64,000 nt of DNA from Acidobacteriota bacterium (lineage in GTDB: Bacteria > Acidobacteriota > Thermoanaerobaculia > Multivoradales > JAGPDF01), in assembly GCA_014584695.1 (NCBI GenBank), contig JACTMI010000008.1, positions 15,333 through 79,332 on the forward strand, in the 5' to 3' direction. The notes below the pieces were generated by a model. It made no database searches and was not told the DNA's origin. It saw only the letters and a program-made list of their open reading frames with translations. A program made the position numbers and the translations under genes. Positions 57,923 through 64,000 of the stretch are shown one piece after another (the first letter of the stretch is position 1; every line of letters begins with the position of its first letter).

Positions 57923-58774
57923 ATGCTCGGATCCGAACGACTCGCGAGCCGGCCCGCGTTGGCCCTGCTCCTACTCTGGACGAACCTCGCGGCGGCGTCG
58001 AGCGCGGCCTCGGCGGAAGAGCCACTGTCACCCGACGGCTGGCGCATCGAGCGGATCGACCGAGCCGAGGCGCTGCCGCCCGCGGGCCGCGTCGAGGTCG
58101 ACAACCCCCACGGCGACCTGCGCGTCCGCTCGGGCCCGGCCGGACGGCTGAGCGTGCACGGGGTCCGCCAGACGCGGCCGGGGGAAACCGGGCCGCGTCT
58201 CGAGATCGTCGCCGGCGGTAACGGCCTCTCCCTGCGCATCGCACCCGGGAGCGACGCGCCGCCGCCAGCCGGCGAGCCCCCCTCCCGCCTCGACCTGGCA
58301 CTCGAGGTGCCAGCCGATTCTCCGCTCAGCTTGCGGACGGTGGGCGGCCTGATCGAGGCCCGCGGCTTCGCCGCGCCGCTCCACGCCCGCAGCCGCTCGG
58401 GCGAGATCCGGCTGCGCGGCAGCGGCGCGGTCGACGTCGCCACGGAGCACGGCGCGGTCCGGGTCGCCTTCCATCCCCGCCTCGCCGACGGCCCCTCCCG
58501 CTTCGAAACGGTGAGCGGGGAGATCGAAGTCGAGCTGCCGGCGCGGGCCGCCGCCACCGCCCGGCTCGAGACCCAGGGGCGGTTGACGACCGACTTCACC
58601 CTCGCCGTCGAGCGTGTCGGGCCGCTCTCCAAACGCGCCCGGGCGACGATCGGCGGCGGCGGTCCGGAGCTCGTGCTGATCAGCCGCCTGGGCGGCCTCG
58701 CCCTGCTCGAGCGGCTGGCACCGAGCCCCGCGGCCGACGCTCGGCCGGTCGACACTCCGGCGCCGGAGCGGTAG
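57923..58774 (+). CDS. Hypothetical secreted protein with repeated beta-strand modules (DUF4097-like 'putative adhesin' pattern)
   Basis: Signal peptide. Reiterated GDLRVRSG / GEIRLRGSG / GAVRVAFH / GEIEVELP segments. In frame with ORF 55520..58774. Confidence 0.45.
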   Translation: MLGSERLASRPALALLLLWTNLAAASSAASAEEPLSPDGWRIERIDRAEALPPAGRVEVDNPHGDLRVRSGPAGRLSVHGVRQTRPGETGPRLEIVAGGNGLSLRIAPGSDAPPPAGEPPSRLDLALEVPADSPLSLRTVGGLIEARGFAAPLHARSRSGEIRLRGSGAVDVATEHGAVRVAFHPRLADGPSRFETVSGEIEVELPARAAATARLETQGRLTTDFTLAVERVGPLSKRARATIGGGGPELVLISRLGGLALLERLAPSPAADARPVDTPAPER

Positions 58775-58833
58775 GCTTCCCCCCGCATTCACGGCTCTCG
58801 GCCCCCCTTGATCCTCTACCCCAGGAGACGCTC

Positions 58834-61581
58834 ATGAAGCGAAGCAACCGCGCGCGCCCATTGGTGGCCCTCTGCGCCCTTTTCGCTTGCCTCGCCGGTG
58901 CCGGGCCGACCGCGGCCGACTCGTCCGCCGGCGGCGGTCGCGCCGCCGCGGAGGTGATCGGCGAGGAGGTGCCGGGGATCCCGGTCGACGTCGATCTGCG
59001 CGACCTGCCGGTCGAGCCGGCGTGGCGCCCGGGCGACCCGATCAAGGAGATTCCGCGCCGCGCGCGGCCGCTGGAGGGTGATCTCCAGCCGGAGCCCTGG
59101 ACCGGGGTCGACCCGCTGCTCGAGGCGCAGGAGGCGTTCTTCGGTCCCGGACCGGGGATCGTGGTCGGGCTGAACTTCAACGGCCAGGGTTTCTCGGGGG
59201 TGAATCCGCCGGACACGGTCGGCGACATCGGACCCGGCCACTACATCCAGATGATCAACGGCGGCGGCGGCACGCTGGTGACGGTTCACGACAAGTCGAC
59301 CGGCGCCGTGATCGCGGGCCCCTTCGCGCTCGACGGGCTCGGCTCGGGCAACTGCGCCGCTGGGCTCGGCGACCCGATCGTGCTCTACGACCCGCTCGCC
59401 GACCGCTGGGTGCTGTCGGAATTCTCGTCGAGCGGCAACCGTCTCTGCGTCTACGTCTCGCGCTCTCCCGACCCGGTCACCGGCGGCTGGTGCGCTTACC
59501 AGCTGACCGCGCCCGGCTTCCCCGACTATCCAAAGTACGGCGTCTGGCCCGACGCCTACTACGTCACCACCAACGAGAGCTCGCCGGCGATCTACGCCTT
59601 CGACCGCGAGAACATGATCCTCGGCACGCCGACCACCTGCGGCACGGCGCGCCCGGCGCAGCGGTTCACCGCGCCGAGCCTGCCCGGTTTCCCGTTCGAG
59701 GCACTGACCCCCGCCGACCTCGACGGCGCCACGCCGCCGCCGCCGGGCCTGCCCGGCATCGTCATGCGCCACCGCGACACCGAGGTCCACGGTCCGGCCG
59801 GCCAGCCGACGCACGACCTGCTCGAAATGTGGGCGGTCGACATCGATTGGACGACGCCGGCCAACTCCGCCCTGGTCGCCCTGCCCGCGATCCAGGTCGC
59901 CGAGTTCGACTCCGACCTGTGCGGCCTCTCCTCGTTCTCCTGTTTCCCGCAGCCGGGCACCGGCACGCAGCTCGATCCGCTGCGCGAGGTGATCATGTTC
60001 CGCCTCGCCTACCGCAACTTCGGCTCGCACGAGACGCTGGTGGGCAACTACGTCACCGACGTCGACGGCACCAACCGGGGCGGCGTGCGCTGGTTCGAGC
60101 TGCGCGACACCGGCGCCGGCTGGACGCTCGAGCAGGAGGGGACCTACTCGCCCGACGCCACCAATCGCTGGATGGGCGCCATCGCGATGGACGGCGCCGG
60201 CAACCTCATGGTCGGCTACAACGTTTCGAGCGCCAGCGTCCACCCCGGGCTCCGGTTCACCGGTCGGCTCGCCGGCGACACCGCCGGTGTGATGACCCTC
60301 GCCGAGCAGGTGCTGGTGGCCGGCACCGCCTCGAATTCCAGCAACCGCTACGGCGACTATTCGGCGATGTCGGTCGACCCGGCCGACGACTGCACCTTCT
60401 GGTTCACCGGCGAGTGGAACGGCGCCTCGAGCTGGTCGACGCGCATCGGCAGCGTCAAGTTCGACGCCTGCGGCGAGCCCGGCTTCACGCTCTCGGCGAC
60501 CCCCCCGGCCGCCGCCGTCTGCGCCGGCGCGGACGCGCTCTTCACCGTCCACGTCGGCTCGATCTCGGGCTACGACCTGCCGGTGACGCTCGCCGCGCTG
60601 GGCGCGCCGGCCGGCGCCACGGTGGGCTTCTCGGCCAACCCGCTGACGCCGCCCGACGCGACGACGATGACGGTCGGCAACACGGCCGCGATCGCCCCGG
60701 GGACGCACACGATCACGGTCCAGGGGACCGCCACCGACCTCTCGGTCGAGACCGACACGGTCGATCTGACGGTGGTCGCGACCTCGCCCGGAGCGCCGGC
60801 GCTCACCGCTCCCGCCGACGGCGCCAGCGGCGTCGCGAATCCCGCGCCGCTCGCCTGGAACGCGGTGGCGGGGGCGACGAGCTATGTCGTCGAGGTCGAC
60901 GACACGGCCGACTTCTCGAGCCCGGTTTTCACCACCACGACGGCGGCCACGTCGACGACGGCGACCGGTCTCGTGGCCGACACCCGCTACTACTGGCGGG
61001 TGACGGCCGCCAACGCCTGCGGCGCCGGCGCCTCCTCGGCGCCGTTCCGCTTCCGCACCGCGGCGCGCTACTGCCGGACGCCGAACCTGCCGATCCCGGA
61101 CGGCAACCCGACCGGTGTCACCGACCTGCTGACGGTGCCGGCGGGCGCCAACGCGATCCTCGATCTCGACGTCGAGCTGCGGGTCACCCACGGCTGGGTG
61201 GGCGACATCGCCTTCTCGCTCGAGCACCTGGGCACGACGCGGGTGATCTTCGACCGGCCCGGCGTCCCGGCGACCCAGTTCGGCTGTTCCGGAGATCACG
61301 TGGACGCCCTCTTCTCGGACGAAGCCGCCAACCCCGCCGAGACGAGCTGCAGCAACACCACCGGCCTGACCACCGGACCCTATTCGCCGGACCAGACCTT
61401 CTCGGCCTTCGACGGGACGACGCTTTCAGGCACCTGGACGATCACCGCGAGAGACCCGGAGTCGGATTTCCCCGGCACGCTCGACGAGTGGTGTCTCGTC
61501 CCGATGCTCGATCCGATGCCGTTCTGGGACGACTTCGAGACGGGCGACACGGGGCGCTGGACGTTCTCGGTCGGCGAGTGA
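58834..61581 (+). CDS. Large secreted protein: Cys-rich N-terminal domain, tandem Ig-like and fibronectin-III-like domains, C-terminal proprotein-convertase P-domain; no subtilase catalytic domain detected
   Basis: Signal MKRSNRARPLVALCALFACLAGAG. FN3-like SYVVEVDDTADFSSP...RYYWRVTAANACG. P-domain CRTPNLPIPDGNPTGVTDLLTVP...LDLDVELRVTHGWVGDIAFSLEHLGTTRVIF...GTWTITARD. No HGTH or GTSMA motifs. Confidence 0.7.
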   Translation: MKRSNRARPLVALCALFACLAGAGPTAADSSAGGGRAAAEVIGEEVPGIPVDVDLRDLPVEPAWRPGDPIKEIPRRARPLEGDLQPEPWTGVDPLLEAQEAFFGPGPGIVVGLNFNGQGFSGVNPPDTVGDIGPGHYIQMINGGGGTLVTVHDKSTGAVIAGPFALDGLGSGNCAAGLGDPIVLYDPLADRWVLSEFSSSGNRLCVYVSRSPDPVTGGWCAYQLTAPGFPDYPKYGVWPDAYYVTTNESSPAIYAFDRENMILGTPTTCGTARPAQRFTAPSLPGFPFEALTPADLDGATPPPPGLPGIVMRHRDTEVHGPAGQPTHDLLEMWAVDIDWTTPANSALVALPAIQVAEFDSDLCGLSSFSCFPQPGTGTQLDPLREVIMFRLAYRNFGSHETLVGNYVTDVDGTNRGGVRWFELRDTGAGWTLEQEGTYSPDATNRWMGAIAMDGAGNLMVGYNVSSASVHPGLRFTGRLAGDTAGVMTLAEQVLVAGTASNSSNRYGDYSAMSVDPADDCTFWFTGEWNGASSWSTRIGSVKFDACGEPGFTLSATPPAAAVCAGADALFTVHVGSISGYDLPVTLAALGAPAGATVGFSANPLTPPDATTMTVGNTAAIAPGTHTITVQGTATDLSVETDTVDLTVVATSPGAPALTAPADGASGVANPAPLAWNAVAGATSYVVEVDDTADFSSPVFTTTTAATSTTATGLVADTRYYWRVTAANACGAGASSAPFRFRTAARYCRTPNLPIPDGNPTGVTDLLTVPAGANAILDLDVELRVTHGWVGDIAFSLEHLGTTRVIFDRPGVPATQFGCSGDHVDALFSDEAANPAETSCSNTTGLTTGPYSPDQTFSAFDGTTLSGTWTITARDPESDFPGTLDEWCLVPMLDPMPFWDDFETGDTGRWTFSVGE

Positions 61582-61612
61582 CAGCCGCCATTCTCCCCCG
61601 GCGAGCGACGCG

Positions 61613-62374
61613 ATGACCGGGCGGGCCGAGGCGCCCGGCACGCGGCCCGCTCGGCCCCCGGGGGGCGAGGCGCTCCGTTGGCTGGTGGCGCCCTGGACGC
61701 TGCTGGTCTTCTTTCCCCTGGTCGTGCTGACGACGGCGTTCTGGGGGGCGGTGACGGTCCTGATCGCGCTGGTGAGCCGGCGCGCCGCCTTTCACACCGG
61801 CGAGATCTGGGCCGCCTGTCTCACCTGGGCGAGCTTCGTGCGGGTCCGCGTGCGCGGCCGCGAGCAGGCGCCGCGAGGCAGCTCCTACGTGATCGTCTGC
61901 AACCACCAGGGCTTCTACGACATCCTGGCGCTCTACGGCTTCCTGCGCCGGCAGTTCCGCTGGGTGATGAAAGCGGAGCTGCGCCGCATCCCGTTCCTGG
62001 GCTGGGGCTGCGCCGCGATCGGCCACATCTTCGTCGATCGCCGCGACCCGCAGCAGGCGATAGCCAGCCTCGAAGCGGCCAAGCCGCAACTCGAAGGCGG
62101 CGTTTCGGTCCTCTTCTTTCCCGAGGGCACGCGCAGCCGCGACGGCCGCCTGCTGCCGTTCAAGAAGGGCGCCTTCGTCATGGCCCGTCAGCTCGGCCTC
62201 CCCATCCTCCCGGTCACCCTCGTCGGCTCCGCCGGAGTCCTCCCCCGCGGCCGGCTCTTTCCCCGCCCCGGCACGATCGAGATCCACTTCCACCCGCCCA
62301 TCGACCCCGCCTCGGCTCCCAACGCCGAGCAGCTCGCCCAGCTCGCGCGAGCCGCCGTCGAGTCGGCGCTCTGA
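61613..62374 (+). CDS. plsC: 1-acyl-sn-glycerol-3-phosphate acyltransferase (lysophospholipid acyltransferase)
   Basis: HX4D motif VCNHQGFYD, FVDR, FPEGTRS, and the PlsC block IPILPV. Confidence 0.8.
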   Translation: MTGRAEAPGTRPARPPGGEALRWLVAPWTLLVFFPLVVLTTAFWGAVTVLIALVSRRAAFHTGEIWAACLTWASFVRVRVRGREQAPRGSSYVIVCNHQGFYDILALYGFLRRQFRWVMKAELRRIPFLGWGCAAIGHIFVDRRDPQQAIASLEAAKPQLEGGVSVLFFPEGTRSRDGRLLPFKKGAFVMARQLGLPILPVTLVGSAGVLPRGRLFPRPGTIEIHFHPPIDPASAPNAEQLAQLARAAVESAL

Positions 62375-62525
62375 GCGACCACTCCTCCGTGTCTCCGCTC
62401 CAGGCACACACTCTCCGGGAGTGAACCCTCGGAGCGAACCGAGAGGAGAGGACGATGGCGATCCGGATCGTGCAGCTCGGCAGTCCGCGGGCCGCGGGCC
62501 CGGCTGGTACGGCCAGGTGCGATGA

Positions 62526-63060
62526 CGGCTGCGACCGAAGAGAAAAGCTCCATTGAAGGGAGCAGTAGTCGCCGCCGATTCGAGCGTTGCGAGTTCGCCA
62601 CCGCCGTTCCTGTAGTCACCCCCCTTCAACAGAACGCCTTTCACTTCGCCTCGCCCCCATCCGGAGCTCCGTCGGAGCCGCAGATGCAACAGTTGCGACC
62701 AGGTGCGACAGCCGCGGCGACCGAAGCGAGAAGCTCCATTGAAGGGAACGTGTGTCGCCGTCGAGCCGCGCTTTGCGAGCTCGCCACCACCGTGCCTGGG
62801 GTCACCCCCATCAACAGAACGCTTTTCTCTACGACTCGCCCCCATCCAGAGCTCCGTCGGAGCCGCAAGCGCGGCTGGTGCGACCAAGTGCATCGTCCGC
62901 GGCGACGGAAGCGAAAAGCTCCATTGAAGGGAGCGGTAGTCGCCGCCGGTTCGAGCGTTGCGAGCTCGCCACCGCCATTTCAGGAGTCACCCCCTTCAAC
63001 AGAACGCTTTTCTCTGTGCCTCGTCCTCCACGCACGCTCCCGTCGGTCCAGAGGCGCCGC
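62526..63060. repeat. Tandem repeat locus 3: about 3 copies of a ~180-bp unit, each a MITE-like module with ~20-nt imperfect terminal inverted repeats (AGAAAAGCtccaTTGAAGGG ... CCCTTCAAcagaacGCTTTTCT)
   Basis: Unit starts (gaccgaag(a/c)gagaagctccattgaaggg) at about 62531, 62718 and 62895. Periods are 187 and 177, not multiples of 3. Confidence 0.8.
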
Positions 63061-63195
63061 GCGCGCTTCGACAGCTGGCGAAACCACGAGCGGCCGATGC
63101 TCGAGGCTCCGTTGATAGGCTCCAGGGCAGATCGGCTGATCGCCAGTTCGTGTCGAGTTGGGCTCCCGGTGCGGGTCCGGGGGAGAGGAGGGGCC

Positions 63196-63588
63196 ATGGC
63201 TGCCGACCGCGGCGCGCCGCAGAGTATCGACGCCTATATCGCGGGCTTCGCGCCCGAGGTGCGCGGATTGCTGGAGCAGATCCGCCGGACGATCCAGATC
63301 GCCGTCCCGGAGGCGACCGAGGCGATCAAGTACCAGATTCCGACCTTCGTCCTGCACGGCAATCTCGTCCACTTCGCGGCCTATCCGGGCCACATCGGGC
63401 TCTACCCGGCGCCGCGGGAGGCGCCGGAGTTTCGCCACGAGCTCGAAGCCTACGCGGGGGGCAAGGGAACGGTCCGCTTCCCGCTCGACCAGCCGATTCC
63501 GTTCGACCTCGTCACCCGCATCGCGCGGCACCTGGCGGCCCGGAACGTGGCGAGAGCGGCGGCGAAATCGAAGCCGAGGGCGCGATGA
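63196..63588 (+). CDS. DUF1801 (YdhG-like) domain protein
   Basis: 130 aa, MAADRGAPQSIDAYIAGFAPEVRGLLEQIRRTIQIAVPEATEAIKYQIPTFVLHGNLVHFAAYPGHIGLYP. Strong RBS GGGGGAGAGGAGGGG. Confidence 0.7.
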   Translation: MAADRGAPQSIDAYIAGFAPEVRGLLEQIRRTIQIAVPEATEAIKYQIPTFVLHGNLVHFAAYPGHIGLYPAPREAPEFRHELEAYAGGKGTVRFPLDQPIPFDLVTRIARHLAARNVARAAAKSKPRAR

Positions 63589-64000
63589 CCCTCGGGGCCG
63601 GGCCCGCATCGGAGCTCCGGACGAGACTCGCGGCGATCGGCAGCGTCCCCTACTTCGCCCGGCTCGGCGAGCCGGAGCGGCGAGCGCTGGCGGACCGGCT
63701 CGAACGCCGAGTCCACGCCAAGGGGGAGATGCTCTTTTCCGAGGGGGACACCTGCCCGGGGATCCACCTCGTCGAGTCGGGACAGCTCAAGCTCTACAAG
63801 ACCTCCGACGATGGCCGGGAGCACATGCTGCGCCTGCTCGAGCCGGGCCACCACTTCGGCGAGGCGGTCGTCTTCGCCGGCTCCGCGTACCCGGTGAGCG
63901 TGCGCGCGCTGCGAGACTCGGTCGTCCACCTGCTGCCGCGCGGGCAGGTGGAAGAGCTCTTGCGCTCGAGCCCGGCCTTCGCCCTCGAGGTCGTCCGCTA
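63585..64000 (+). CDS. Crp/Fnr-family transcriptional regulator, N-terminal cNMP-binding domain (3' end outside window)
   Basis: ATGA overlap with the upstream gene. ...FARLGEPERRALADRLERRVHAKGEMLFSEGDTCPGIHLVESGQLKLYKTSDDGREHMLRLLEPGHHFGE is the cNMP-binding beta-roll signature. Confidence 0.75.
   Translation, partial: MTLGAGPASELRTRLAAIGSVPYFARLGEPERRALADRLERRVHAKGEMLFSEGDTCPGIHLVESGQLKLYKTSDDGREHMLRLLEPGHHFGEAVVFAGSAYPVSVRALRDSVVHLLPRGQVEELLRSSPAFALEVVR

Overview
This is a high-GC (roughly 70%) bacterial chromosomal window, densely coding on both strands, with many 4-nt ATGA/GTGA start-stop overlaps. Gene content (a triplicated 'VWFA-related' secreted-protein cluster, PEP-CTERM-like and DUF11 surface proteins, BNR/Ycf48-like proteins) suggests an Acidobacteriota-like soil bacterium; this is inference only.

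Blocks, in order:
- 1-162: LuxR-type HTH tail (partial).
- 189-2861 (-): an 890-aa tandem fusion of two tyrosine phenol-lyase/tryptophanase-family domains. The N-terminal domain has lost the PLP-binding lysine.
- 3030-3660: locus 1 of a novel tandem repeat family.
- 3791-11698 (+): Lrp regulator, then a TolC-like / membrane-fusion / RND efflux operon with accessory DUF2892, P-II-like, ArsR and DUF302 genes.
- 11723-24066 (-): a long operon-like block. It runs DUF11 surface protein (frameshifted), PEP-CTERM-like protein, a 1782-aa cadherin-like/beta-helix exoprotein, three tandem phage tail-collar-domain paralogs, a methyltransferase-like protein, two hypotheticals and a GNAT acetyltransferase.
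- 24224-28970: C-N hydrolase, a secreted hypothetical, an IS200/IS605-like HuH (Y1) transposase insertion, and a PLP aminotransferase.
- 29108-35902 (+): a VWA-VWA-TPR-VWA secreted-protein cluster.
- 35994-36720: repeat locus 2 (5 x ~80 bp) followed by a ~275-nt polypyrimidine tract that starts with (CCCCCT)n.
- 36937-44364: DUF2911/TPR protein, PBP1C, CBS protein, P1B-type ATPase, patatin, and a small membrane protein.
- 44436-50418: a MerR regulator with a palindromic operator, then a thiolase / 3-hydroxyacyl-CoA dehydrogenase-enoyl-CoA hydratase / acyl-CoA dehydrogenase beta-oxidation operon ending in a terminator hairpin.
- 50910-57547 (-): a DUF1302 / DUF1329 / BNR (Ycf48-like) / MMPL-RND four-gene cluster.
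- 57923-64000: two secreted proteins, PlsC, repeat locus 3, DUF1801, and the start of a Crp/Fnr regulator.

No rRNA, tRNA or CRISPR was found.

The two strongest novelty candidates are:
- the collar-triplet plus giant beta-helix exoprotein operon;
- the dispersed, hairpin-forming tandem-repeat family with its G-quadruplex-capable (CCCCCT)n tract.
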